From contig JBMFIF010000003.1 of assembly GCA_049976445.1 (NCBI GenBank), positions 3,629 through 67,628 on the forward strand: a DNA stretch of 64,000 nucleotides, given 5' to 3'. The translations under genes and the position numbers were made by a program. The notes beneath the pieces were generated by a model. The model was not told the DNA's origin, ran no database searches, and worked only from the letters and a program-made list of their open reading frames with translations. The DNA is from Thermoprotei archaeon (GTDB lineage: Archaea > Thermoproteota > Thermoprotei > Gearchaeales > WAQG01). Positions 49,569 through 59,071 of this stretch are shown piece by piece. Numbering within the stretch: position 1 is the stretch's first letter; each line of letters opens with the position of its first letter.

Positions 49569-49643
49569 CGGGCCCAGCGGGATTTGAACCCGCGACCGAC
49601 GGCTTAGGAGGCCGCCGCGCTATCCATGCTGCGCTATGGGCCC
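49569..49643 (-). tRNA. tRNA-Arg(CCT)
   Basis: Reverse complement gggcccatagcgcagcatggatagcgcg-gcggc-ct-CCT-aa-gccgt-cggtcgcgggttcaaatcccgctgggccc-g. Confidence 0.97.
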
Positions 49644-49711
49644 AGAAATTTAATGTATAAAGTAGTATATAGGTTTTTATTTTTTAGAAAAATAGTGTAC
49701 TATGATTAACC

Positions 49712-50662
49712 ATGAGTTCGAGTGATGTGCTTCGTGAGGAGGTTAAAGATATTAAGTTGGGAAGTAATTTGAGTGTTTATGATTTGGTTAGAGAGTTGGG
49801 TTCTGCTGGTGGGTTTATGGCTACTCATCTTTATGAGGCTGCTGAGATATTGTATGAAATGAGTAATGATAAGGATTGTTATAGGATAATATCATTTACT
49901 GGGAATCTTATTTCTACTGGTTTACGCGGTGTGATAGCTAAAATGATTGGTGATGGTTTGTTTGATGCAATAATAACTACTGGTGGCGCGCTTGATCATG
50001 ATGTTGCTAGGGGTTTTGGCGGTAAGTATTATAAGGGTTTCTTTAATGCGGATGATGTAATGCTTTTTGAGCTTAATATTCATAGGCTTGGTAATGTGTT
50101 TATTCCTGTTGAGAGTTATGGTCCTTTGATAGAGAAGGTTATTTTTAGTATTCTTGATAGTTTGCCTGAAGGAGAATACTCACCTTCTAGAATAGCGTAT
50201 GAAATTGGGAAGCGTATGAATGATGAATATTCATTTTTGCGTCAAGCTTATTTGAGAAATGTTCCAGTTTATGTACCTGGTATTGTTGATTCAGCTGTGG
50301 GCACTCAACTTTTCTTTTATTCTCAAACTCGAAAGATTAAGTTAAACATGTTCGAGGATATGAAACGTATACTTGATAGTATTTTTGAAGCGAAGAAGCT
50401 AGGAGCTTTGATAATTGGTGGTGGGATTAGTAAGCATCATACAATATGGTGGGCTCAGTTTAAGGATGGATTAAATTATAGTGTATATGTGACTACTGCA
50501 TCTGAATATGATGGAAGTTTATCTGGTGCTCAACCTCGTGAAGCAATCACGTGGGGTAAAATAAATCCTAAAGCAAAACATATAACTCTATATTGTGATG
50601 CTACTATATGTTTACCTATAATTGCGCAGTATGTTTTTGAGAAAAAAGTTAGAGGTGTTTAA
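49712..50662 (+). CDS. dys: Deoxyhypusine synthase
   Basis: FTGNLISTGLRG, TTGG..DHD, HRLGN, GGGISKHH, DGSLSGA..EAITWGK. Confidence 0.97.
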   Translation: MSSSDVLREEVKDIKLGSNLSVYDLVRELGSAGGFMATHLYEAAEILYEMSNDKDCYRIISFTGNLISTGLRGVIAKMIGDGLFDAIITTGGALDHDVARGFGGKYYKGFFNADDVMLFELNIHRLGNVFIPVESYGPLIEKVIFSILDSLPEGEYSPSRIAYEIGKRMNDEYSFLRQAYLRNVPVYVPGIVDSAVGTQLFFYSQTRKIKLNMFEDMKRILDSIFEAKKLGALIIGGGISKHHTIWWAQFKDGLNYSVYVTTASEYDGSLSGAQPREAITWGKINPKAKHITLYCDATICLPIIAQYVFEKKVRGV

Positions 50663-50663
50663 G

Positions 50664-52022
50664 ATGGCAAAACTGTTTGGAACGAACGGTGTTAGGGGTG
50701 TTGTGAACCTAGAATTGACACCAAAATTTATTAGAGATATGAGTAGGGCAATAGGTACATTTTTTAAAGGTAAAACTATTCTTGTTGGTATTGATGCCAG
50801 GGTTACCAGCAGAATGATAAGGGATATCGTTATTCCTTCACTTATTGATAGTGGTGTGAGTGTTTATGATGGTGGTCTTGCTCCTACACCTGCGCATCAG
50901 TATGCAGTTAAGTATTATAATTTAGATGGTGGTGTGGTTATTACTGCTAGTCATAATCCACCGGAATATAATGGGTTAAAAGTGCTAGGAGAAAAGGGTA
51001 TGGAGCTTCCTCATGAATATGAAGACTTTATTGAAGAAATATATTATAAAAAGAACTTTGTTCAGGGAGTCGGCCATTTTTCTGGTATGTTAGATGTTAT
51101 AAAACCATATATTAATAATATTTTATCACTTATAGATTCTAGTAGTGTTCGTGAACGTAAATTCAAAATTGTTACTGATACTATCAGCAGTGTTGCCGGA
51201 CTTACAGTTCCTTTATTATTAAAAGAGTTGAATGTTGGAATGATTAGTATAAATGGACAATTGGATGGGGCTTTTTCTTCCCGTAATCCAGAGCCGTTAC
51301 CAGATAATTTACAAAATCTCGGTAGATTTGTAAAATCATGTAAATGTGATTTTGGTGTAGCGTTTGATGGTGATGCTGACAGATCAATTTTCATTAGTGA
51401 TGAGGGTGAGGTTGTTTGGGGTGATAGATCAGGAGCTTTACTTGCTGAACACTCTATGAGAAAACATGGGAAGGGAGTTTTAGTTGTTGGTGTAAGCGCG
51501 TCACGGGTTGTTGAATATCCTATTAAGAAGTTGGGAGGAGAAGTGTTATGGACTAAGGTTGGAAGTGTGATAATAACACATAAGATACTTGAATTGGAGT
51601 CTAAAGGAATACGAGCATTTGGATTAGAGGAGAATGGAGGGTTTTTTTATACTCCACATCAACCTGCTAGGGATGGAACTATGAGTCTTGCTTTAATGCT
51701 AGAAGCGTTGTCAGGGATGAATATCACTCTTTCAGAATATAATAATAGTTTACCGAGACTTTTTATGGCTAAAGATAAGTTACCATGTCCGAATGAGAAA
51801 AAATCATATGCTATTGAACGAATTATCAGATATTATTCATCATTAGGCTATGAATATGATACTATAGATGGTATTAGAGTGTGGTTTAATGAGAATGAAT
51901 GGATATTGGTAAGACCAAGTGGTACTGAACCATTTTTACGTGTTTTTGCTGAATCTACTGATCCGGAAAAAACTAAAGATCTATTAGCTAAGACAAAATT
52001 AGAGGTTTCTAAATTAGTTTGA
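50664..52022 (+). CDS. Phosphohexomutase (phosphoglucomutase/phosphomannomutase family)
   Basis: LFGTNGVRG, ITASHNP, FDGDADR, EENGG, RPSGTEP. Confidence 0.95.
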   Translation: MAKLFGTNGVRGVVNLELTPKFIRDMSRAIGTFFKGKTILVGIDARVTSRMIRDIVIPSLIDSGVSVYDGGLAPTPAHQYAVKYYNLDGGVVITASHNPPEYNGLKVLGEKGMELPHEYEDFIEEIYYKKNFVQGVGHFSGMLDVIKPYINNILSLIDSSSVRERKFKIVTDTISSVAGLTVPLLLKELNVGMISINGQLDGAFSSRNPEPLPDNLQNLGRFVKSCKCDFGVAFDGDADRSIFISDEGEVVWGDRSGALLAEHSMRKHGKGVLVVGVSASRVVEYPIKKLGGEVLWTKVGSVIITHKILELESKGIRAFGLEENGGFFYTPHQPARDGTMSLALMLEALSGMNITLSEYNNSLPRLFMAKDKLPCPNEKKSYAIERIIRYYSSLGYEYDTIDGIRVWFNENEWILVRPSGTEPFLRVFAESTDPEKTKDLLAKTKLEVSKLV

Positions 52023-52858
52023 GGAAAGTGAACATGAGGAAATTTGAATGTGATGTTCTTTTTCTTTCATCTGAAATTGATGAAGCTAGTGTTAATATAA
52101 AAAAGAAACTTATTGAAAAATATGGATTTGTTGAAAAAGGAGAATTTAATAGTATACCATTGTATGTCAAAGATGATATGATTATTTTGACAATTAGTAG
52201 TGAACACATATACTTTGACATATTAGAAGAGTTTGTTAAAGCAAATTTAGTTATAGTGTTAAGTAAACATACATCACAAAGTAATATACCTGCATTAACA
52301 GCGCATTTCACAGGTAATTGGGGGAATTCAAACAGTTATGGAGGTAAGCCTAGGACTTTGTCTATTGCTCCAGCTTCAAAACTCAAGGTTGCGTTAAATA
52401 TAATGAAAAAATTGGCAAAAGAGTTTTCGTTAGATTGGAATGTTTCAATGGAAGTGACTCACCATGGTCCTACATTAAAAAATACTCCTATAATGTTTGT
52501 CGAGATAGGAAGTACTTCTCAACAATGGAAAGACCCTGTAGCAGCTGAAATCGTTGCAACGAGTGCTATTGTTGCTGCTGAATCTAATAATATTTTTGAT
52601 ACTATTGTAGGTTTTGGAGGTTCACACTATGCGCCAAGGTTTAATCATTACATTTTTGAGACAAATTTTGCAGTAGGTCATGTAGCTCCAGAATATGTTT
52701 TTAATGATATCACAGAGAATGAAATATTATTAGCTTTTGAGCGTACATTTGAAAAGACAAAGACTGCTGTTATAGATTGGAAAGGTTTAAAAGGATCTTA
52801 TCGGTCATTTCTTATAGATATTTTGAATCGTAATGGAATGAATGTTATTAGAGCGTAG
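52019..52858 (+). CDS. dtdA: D-aminoacyl-tRNA deacylase (archaeal DTD2)
   Basis: SKH.S...PALTAHFTGN, EVTHHGP, FVEIGS, GFGG.HYAP. Confidence 0.93.
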   Translation: MRKVNMRKFECDVLFLSSEIDEASVNIKKKLIEKYGFVEKGEFNSIPLYVKDDMIILTISSEHIYFDILEEFVKANLVIVLSKHTSQSNIPALTAHFTGNWGNSNSYGGKPRTLSIAPASKLKVALNIMKKLAKEFSLDWNVSMEVTHHGPTLKNTPIMFVEIGSTSQQWKDPVAAEIVATSAIVAAESNNIFDTIVGFGGSHYAPRFNHYIFETNFAVGHVAPEYVFNDITENEILLAFERTFEKTKTAVIDWKGLKGSYRSFLIDILNRNGMNVIRA

Positions 52859-52962
52859 CATTTTCGGTGTACTCTCAGACTACTATTCTTATGTATATTC
52901 ATGTATGCATTTTTTTAGCTTTGTTATTTTATATTATGAATCATTAATATTAAGGGAGAATT

Positions 52963-54012
52963 GTGAATAATCTAAATGTAGAAGGTGGAGTTTGCGATAA
53001 GTGTGGAGGTAAGATTATAAAGACTCCAGAAGGAGAATTCGTGTGTTCAGAGTGTGGACTAGTGAAAGGCCATGAGTTTGCAGAGCCTAATTACACAATT
53101 GCACCAATGAAAAGTGATCATGTAGGTTATGTTTCTCATGTTTATGCTGATAATATGTCATTAATTTATGGAGTTGGAAGTAATATAAGTCGTAGGAGTA
53201 CGAAAAAGAATTTTAACAAGTCATCCATGGGAACCTTAATTACTCATGATAAAAAGATCAAGTTAGAGAAAACTAAGCAAATTATTGAAAAAAGAATACT
53301 CAATTCTATGGAATTTGTTGCATCTCGTCTTAATATTCCTGATGATGTTCTTAGACGTTCTATTATAATATATGCAAAGACTATTAGAATTATGAAAAAG
53401 GATAAAAAACGAATTCCAGGTGTTAATAAATATGCGCTCTCTGCTGCTTCATTAATTGCAGCTATATGGGAAGCAGGCAATATTAAACCATTTACGTTGG
53501 TTGAAATAGCTAGTTTTTATAGAGAACTTGGGCATCGTGTAGATAGCCGTAATATTGCATGGGCATTAATACAGACAAGAAAAATAATACAACGGAATAT
53601 AACAATTAAGGAAAGAATAAGAGTTTATATAGACCGAATAACAGCGATGTTATACTCTAATACTTTTATACGCATAAAAATACGATACATGCGCAATAAG
53701 ATAAATCTAAGTACTTATGTTCAAAAGATCAAGGAAAGAGCATTAAAAATTCTAGATTCACTTGATCAAAACGTATATCAAAGTAAAAATCCATATATAA
53801 TAGCAGCTTCATTAGTTTATATTTCAGAAAAAATGTTAGCTTCCGAGTTAAAATTTCGTTCTCTTCTTTCACATAAAGTTCTTTCAATAACTATCGGGAT
53901 TTCAGATTATTCAATTAGAGATAATGTACAAGCAATACTATCTTACCTAGGTATAAAAATTGATCTATCTTCTAGAGGAATTATAAGAAGTGCATACCCT
54001 AACGTATCATAA
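52963..54012 (+). CDS. Divergent TFB (TFIIB) paralog
   Basis: CDKCGG...EFVCSECGLV zinc ribbon; two cyclin-like repeats (ASRLNIP..LSAASL; SKNPYIIAASLVY..ISDYSIRDN). Confidence 0.75.
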   Translation: MNNLNVEGGVCDKCGGKIIKTPEGEFVCSECGLVKGHEFAEPNYTIAPMKSDHVGYVSHVYADNMSLIYGVGSNISRRSTKKNFNKSSMGTLITHDKKIKLEKTKQIIEKRILNSMEFVASRLNIPDDVLRRSIIIYAKTIRIMKKDKKRIPGVNKYALSAASLIAAIWEAGNIKPFTLVEIASFYRELGHRVDSRNIAWALIQTRKIIQRNITIKERIRVYIDRITAMLYSNTFIRIKIRYMRNKINLSTYVQKIKERALKILDSLDQNVYQSKNPYIIAASLVYISEKMLASELKFRSLLSHKVLSITIGISDYSIRDNVQAILSYLGIKIDLSSRGIIRSAYPNVS

Positions 54013-54422
54013 ATCCTAATAATAATTTTATAGAAAATTCCTATATAATTACTTATTATAACATTTATTTTTATTGTTTCTATCTTAATAATTATAATAT
54101 CGTTATCATCTATTAATGAGTTATTATAAAAATTGATGGCAGAAACTATGAGCAATACGAATCCCTCCTTAATTTCAGTAAGATTAGTAAAAGAATTTGT
54201 GTACACTATTCTTGTTAGATAATTCTTGGTGTTTATTTTTATATTGTTTATTATGGAGTATGATTCTAAATAAATAATTTTTCTTACATACATTTCATCA
54301 TAAATTGGACGCAGTTTGGTGTATTCTGATTGCATATTAAACATGACTAGTACTAGGAAAAGGATTTGTAAAGTCACTATGACCGCTTTTTGATTTCTAT
54401 GTATTACCATAGATTTCAACAT
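53943..54422 (-). CDS. Minor-pilin-like exported protein
   Basis: RNQKA^VIVTLQILFLVLVMF, class-III-like N-terminus. Confidence 0.5.
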   Translation of the reverse strand: MLKSMVIHRNQKAVIVTLQILFLVLVMFNMQSEYTKLRPIYDEMYVRKIIYLESYSIINNIKINTKNYLTRIVYTNSFTNLTEIKEGFVLLIVSAINFYNNSLIDDNDIIIIKIETIKINVIISNYIGIFYKIIIRIYDTLGYALLIIPLEDRSIFIPR

Positions 54423-54762
54423 TTATATCACCACATGATATGGAAATTACTGGAATTTGCACATGTTTCTCATTACTTTTAATTATTATTTCGATGTGAT
54501 CATTACTGTTTATAATTTTTATTGGATACTGCATATCTAATAACTTGAGTATCTCATTTAGCGTAATATTTTTGCATTGAAAGAGTTTTTCATTGTGTAG
54601 AATTTTTTGTTGCAGTATAAAATATTTATAATAATTTTGAAATACTTCTTGTTTGTTAGATAATGTCTGTGGTGTTATATATGTTATTGTTATTGTGGTG
54701 AGGAGTAGAAGTGATATAATTAAGTCTAAAATAGGTATTGAATCAATGTTCATAGTAATCAC
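54397..54762 (-). CDS. Minor-pilin-like protein
   Basis: N-terminal ILDLIISLLLL helix; overlaps both neighbours. Confidence 0.5.
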   Translation of the reverse strand: MITMNIDSIPILDLIISLLLLTTITITYITPQTLSNKQEVFQNYYKYFILQQKILHNEKLFQCKNITLNEILKLLDMQYPIKIINSNDHIEIIIKSNEKHVQIPVISISCGDINVEIYGNT

Positions 54763-54907
54763 TTAATCTAATAATATTAGCTAATGAGCTGTTCTGTATA
54801 TCACTTATCAATGAATTGACAATATTAATTTGTATAGTAATTAAGTATATGAGTTGTATAAATATTAAAAGAAACAATATAATTATCAGTATAATATTTT
54901 CTGTCAT
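54743..54907 (-). CDS. 54-aa hydrophobic pilin-like ORF (not in track)
   Basis: MTENIILIIILFLLIFIQLIYLITIQINIVNSLISDIQNSSLANIIRLSDYYEH; ATG overlaps the upstream stop (TAATG). Confidence 0.6.
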   Translation of the reverse strand: MTENIILIIILFLLIFIQLIYLITIQINIVNSLISDIQNSSLANIIRLSDYYEH

Positions 54908-55284
54908 TAACCCTCACTCACTACTATATAGTTATCTATGTACGAAAATGTATAGTGTTTGTTGGTTTCTAATATAATTTTCTTAAATTTCACATCAGAC
55001 TTAAAAGTAAATGACATGGAGTTTATATTAATTATTATGGAGTTATCTTCTAAATATATTAAAATATTATTGGTGAAGGATTTTATTGAAATTTTAATAC
55101 TTGCATTTAAGGTTTCTGCCAGATAACCTGCATCATTAACTTGAGAATAAATTGCTACTGCTTCTGTTTTTGCTATTGTCATGTAAAGCGAGTTTATGCT
55201 GATGGTGTTTATTAATATGAGAATTGTTGATAAAGAGATCCATGCAATTATATCCATGTAGGATTGAATTAAGCGTTCTGGCAT
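54907..55284 (-). CDS. Minor-pilin-like protein
   Basis: N-terminal TM (MDIIAWISLSTILILI), amphipathic helix, beta-rich C-terminus. Confidence 0.55.
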   Translation of the reverse strand: MPERLIQSYMDIIAWISLSTILILINTISINSLYMTIAKTEAVAIYSQVNDAGYLAETLNASIKISIKSFTNNILIYLEDNSIIININSMSFTFKSDVKFKKIILETNKHYTFSYIDNYIVVSEG

Positions 55285-55365
55285 TAATTCTCGTAAGTAT
55301 CTGTCAATTACTAATTTTAAGGATACAAGAGGTGTTTTTAGGTATTTTTATCTTAAAATAATGGT

Positions 55366-55602
55366 ATGAATGTTAGTAAGAGTGATATATTGGTTTGGGG
55401 GTTACGCATAATTTTTGATGAGCTAAAGGAAATACAGAGTAAATTGACAGAGTTAGAAGATAGAGTACGTTCTTTAGAGGATTTGACTACTAGTTCGCTT
55501 ATGTTGACATCAATTTATCGTATTGAATATGTTAAGTGGTATACTATCTATGTGTCTAAGATTGAGGATAAGCTTATGGAGGCTAGAATTTCATGTCGAT
55601 GA
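55366..55602 (+). CDS. Small coiled-coil protein
   Basis: ELKEIQSKLTELEDRVRSLE heptads; first gene of the pilus operon. Confidence 0.6.
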   Translation: MNVSKSDILVWGLRIIFDELKEIQSKLTELEDRVRSLEDLTTSSLMLTSIYRIEYVKWYTIYVSKIEDKLMEARISCR

Positions 55603-55991
55603 GAGTTACTCTTGAAGATTTAGCTTTACTTATGGTTAAGAAAGGTGTTTCTCCAGATACTGTTAAAGAACTTTTAACAGAACTAGGAGCTACAAAGGAA
55701 CGTATAGATAAAATTATGGATACTCTTCCGAAATCAGAAATCGTTGAAGAAAAGAAAAGTAAAATTAATGAAATAAATCAGGATAGAATTGCAAAAGAAT
55801 TGATGGCACTATCATTTGAGGTTGTTAAAATTAAGAGTAATGTAGAAATACATAAATCAAGGATAGAGGGACTAGAAACTCGTATTTCAAGTCTGGAAGC
55901 TCGTTTTGAGGCTCTCTCAAACATTCTAGTAGAATATGCTCCATTTCTTTTCAAGAGGGATAAGGATAATGCTAAATCAAATGTGCAGTAA
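55593..55991 (+). CDS. Coiled-coil protein
   Basis: Small helical N-domain plus RIEGLETRISSLEARFEAL heptads. Confidence 0.65.
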   Translation: MSMRVTLEDLALLMVKKGVSPDTVKELLTELGATKERIDKIMDTLPKSEIVEEKKSKINEINQDRIAKELMALSFEVVKIKSNVEIHKSRIEGLETRISSLEARFEALSNILVEYAPFLFKRDKDNAKSNVQ

Positions 55992-57675
55992 GTCATGCAA
56001 AATTGTGGATGAAGGTAGCACATTACGAGTTTACTGTCCTCATGATTTTCATGTTTTTGGTCTTGAAACAAATAGAGAATGCAGAGAAAAGGTCTTTTCA
56101 TCTATATCTGATAATACTTTTTCAATAATAATGGAAAATGGAATTATTAACAAGACTTATAAGAAAAATGTTAAAGAATTATTTAATTATATCTCATTGA
56201 TTAATATTCACTTTGATAAGATCAAAATGCAGAATATTTCTAAAGATGAATTAATTTATGATCCTGTATTATTACGTTCAGCATATTCCTCTAATGATCT
56301 TATGAAAACTTGGATTTATAAACGTTCACCATTTTTTAGAGAACTTACTGATTACTTTGCAATGAACTATACTGATCACGAAATTTATGAATGGTTATTT
56401 GAACCATACGTGGATTATTGCAATGGATTTAGATCCATAATAGACTCTGAAAGGATAAATGTATATGATGTGAATGTAGGTTTTGTGAATATTTATGATC
56501 ATGACAGTCACTGTTTTTATATAGTTGATGAGGTTTCTAGAAAACCTAATGCTCAAGATTTTTTAGAAAAAATGTTGTGGTTAATCGTAACTAAAAGTAA
56601 CAATTTGAGTAAGATCATGGTACCTTTATATGATAATCATGTTCAAGAGATGTATTTAGATGGAGAGGATAAGTTTATTTATTTGGATCATGAAGAGTAC
56701 GGTAGATGTTCTACTAACATATTTATTACGCATCCTGATATTGAAAGAGTAAAGACTTACGCTAGTATTATAGGTAAAGGCAATGTTAGTCTATCAAATC
56801 CATCATTAAAAATGGATATTACACTCAATGGTATTCCTCATAGGTTTTCTTTAGATTCGCCACCGTTAGTTCTAGCAACATCATTAAACATTAGAAATTT
56901 AACTGTACAATATATGAACATACAAAAGCTAATAAAATCTGATACTATAACGGCAGAAGCTATGGCATATCTTATTTTTCTTGCTATGAATAGACTGAAT
57001 ATTGTAATTTGTGGAGAACCAAATAGCGGTAAAACAACTCTTGCAAATGTTATTGATTCAGAATTACCAAAAATTTGGCGTAGGATTTATATTGAAGATG
57101 TTGTAGAAAGTCTTAATTTAAAAGATAAAGATGTTCATCAAATAAAAATCCAAACAACACCCTTTGAGCAAGGAGCTAAGGTTTTTAGAAAGAGTACTGA
57201 AATAGTTAAGTTATTGCATAGGTCACCAGATTGGATTTACTTAGGTGAGATACAAACAAAGGAACATACAAAAGCTATGTTTCACGCATTTTCGATGGGT
57301 TTAAAAGGCATAGCTACAACTCATGCAGCATCTATTGAAGGACTTTTTTACAGATGGACAAAACATTATATGATTGATCCAAATAGTATACGGCTCATTA
57401 ATGTAATCGTTTTAATGGAACGTGAAATCACAAATTCAGGTAAAATTATAAGATATGTGAAAAATATTGCAGAAATTGATAATAATAGTAATCCTATAAT
57501 CATTTTTAACAGAGTTAATGGTAAGCTTGTTAGAACTATAAATTCGCTGTTTGATTCACAAAATATAAAGAATCTAATAATGAACGGAAAAAGCTATGAA
57601 GAAATTAAAACTCTTCTTCTTAATATTTTAAATAAGATTAATGGAGGTATTATAGATGAAGAAATCTACCAATAA
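55969..57675 (+). CDS. TadA/CpaF-like pilus assembly ATPase with a Cys-rich N-terminus
   Basis: CGEPNSGKTT, YIEDVVE, HRSPD..YLGEIQ, ATTHA; EMYLDG and LNIRN in the N2 domain. Confidence 0.88.
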   Translation: MLNQMCSKSCKIVDEGSTLRVYCPHDFHVFGLETNRECREKVFSSISDNTFSIIMENGIINKTYKKNVKELFNYISLINIHFDKIKMQNISKDELIYDPVLLRSAYSSNDLMKTWIYKRSPFFRELTDYFAMNYTDHEIYEWLFEPYVDYCNGFRSIIDSERINVYDVNVGFVNIYDHDSHCFYIVDEVSRKPNAQDFLEKMLWLIVTKSNNLSKIMVPLYDNHVQEMYLDGEDKFIYLDHEEYGRCSTNIFITHPDIERVKTYASIIGKGNVSLSNPSLKMDITLNGIPHRFSLDSPPLVLATSLNIRNLTVQYMNIQKLIKSDTITAEAMAYLIFLAMNRLNIVICGEPNSGKTTLANVIDSELPKIWRRIYIEDVVESLNLKDKDVHQIKIQTTPFEQGAKVFRKSTEIVKLLHRSPDWIYLGEIQTKEHTKAMFHAFSMGLKGIATTHAASIEGLFYRWTKHYMIDPNSIRLINVIVLMEREITNSGKIIRYVKNIAEIDNNSNPIIIFNRVNGKLVRTINSLFDSQNIKNLIMNGKSYEEIKTLLLNILNKINGGIIDEEIYQ

Positions 57676-58183
57676 GATAAACAAGGTCACTATTAACGAA
57701 GGATCATTTCTTGCATTGATTTCACTCATGTTACAAATTAGAGATACAAGGTCTATGTTAGAGCGTATTAAAAATTATTATCTTTTAGACAGAGATCGAC
57801 AATTTCTAGTGGAAAAAATTAGTGAGGGACATGATCCAATTAAAGTACTTAATTCTATTAGCGTATTTAATAATTTAGACGTGACTTCGACTTATCTTAA
57901 TTTGTACTCTTCACACGGTATAACATCTACTGAACGTTATAATGTCCAAGAATTAGCATTCCTAAAAACTTCAGGGTATTTAAAAGATCTTACTAATAAA
58001 CTTACATTGCGTATTCTCGTTATTACATTTTTAAGTTACATTGTGCCTGTTGCATTAGCAATTTTTTCTATTAAATATGGGCTGATAGGTACAATATTAT
58101 TTTTAGGCATTTTAATTATATTTACGACTTATATATCCTTAGATACTAAGAGAATGATTCTTCTGCTGAGGGATGTTAAATGA
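57656..58183 (+). CDS. TadB/TadC-like membrane protein
   Basis: Cytoplasmic helical domain (ISEGHDP) then 2 TMs; directly after the ATPase. Confidence 0.55.
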   Translation: MKKSTNKINKVTINEGSFLALISLMLQIRDTRSMLERIKNYYLLDRDRQFLVEKISEGHDPIKVLNSISVFNNLDVTSTYLNLYSSHGITSTERYNVQELAFLKTSGYLKDLTNKLTLRILVITFLSYIVPVALAIFSIKYGLIGTILFLGILIIFTTYISLDTKRMILLLRDVK

Positions 58184-58779
58184 ATGATGAAATTGAAGAG
58201 TTGATGATTTATTTAAACCAAAATAGTACATTAGGTCTTGGTAAAGCACTGATGTCATATAAGCCTAGGAATAAATCCATTAAGAAAATTTATGATACTA
58301 TTATTAATATGATGTTGTTAAAAGGTCATGAACCGCAACATGTTATTAGTTATGCATCTTATTTATTACCCAGAGGAACTTTTTTGAACTATAATGTGCA
58401 AAATATAATTATTGGTGATCGTTCAGCAATATCTCGTAATATTAATTCTATTATAATTTCACGAAAAATACAGGAAATATACAGAGATTTTGAGTTGTGG
58501 TTATCATCTATGAAGATGAAAACATTTTTATTAACTATTATGAGCTCAATATTTTTAGCTGCTATGTCAAGATTACCTTTTATTTTAATTAGCAAGATTG
58601 AACATTATTCAGATTGGTTTAATTTTGTTCCATTTCTTTATGGATTTTTATGCATTACACTTGCTTTTCTTTCCTCAAACATTTATGGTGAAAAGCGTTT
58701 TACATTATTAATATCTTTACTTTCATTATTTTCCTATACAATTATGATGATAATAATCAATACACTATTTAAAATCTAA
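58180..58779 (+). CDS. TadB/TadC-like membrane protein
   Basis: LLKGHEP domain then 3 TMs; ATG overlaps the upstream stop. Confidence 0.55.
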   Translation: MNDEIEELMIYLNQNSTLGLGKALMSYKPRNKSIKKIYDTIINMMLLKGHEPQHVISYASYLLPRGTFLNYNVQNIIIGDRSAISRNINSIIISRKIQEIYRDFELWLSSMKMKTFLLTIMSSIFLAAMSRLPFILISKIEHYSDWFNFVPFLYGFLCITLAFLSSNIYGEKRFTLLISLLSLFSYTIMMIIINTLFKI

Positions 58780-58825
58780 TTATGATTTAAATTTGTATTT
58801 AACTAAATTATCATGGTGAAAAATA

Positions 58826-59071
58826 ATGATAAAAAAGTTGTATAGTCTGATAAGAAATCGTAAAGCATCTCCACTAGTAGAAGAAGGTATGCTTCTGGGT
58901 TTAGCAGCTATAACGTTTACAGTAATTCTTAGTATCGTTTCTAATATTATTACCTCAGTACAAAACTCATCAGCTTCAATGTCATCGTCACTAAGTTCAG
59001 GTTTTACTAATTTTCTTAATCAATTAGCTGAGATACTTAATCAAATTGCAAGAGCACTAGGTATTAAGTGA
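58826..59071 (+). CDS. Flp-like major pilin
   Basis: RNRKA^SPLVEEGMLLGLAAITF; Glu at +5; 81 aa; GGTGA RBS. Confidence 0.75.
   Translation: MIKKLYSLIRNRKASPLVEEGMLLGLAAITFTVILSIVSNIITSVQNSSASMSSSLSSGFTNFLNQLAEILNQIARALGIK

Noticed and set aside
45730..49643. Integrated element at tRNA-Arg(CCT) carrying the three-gene pilus operon
   Set aside because: No integrase and no duplicated tRNA 3' end (att site) seen at the far side
671..58595. Numerous 60-130 aa ORFs nested antisense or out of frame within identified genes (e.g. 671-937, 3011-3229, 21017-21409, 37530-37850, 46582-46941, 51062-51394)
   Set aside because: Fully overlap well-supported genes and show no family motifs
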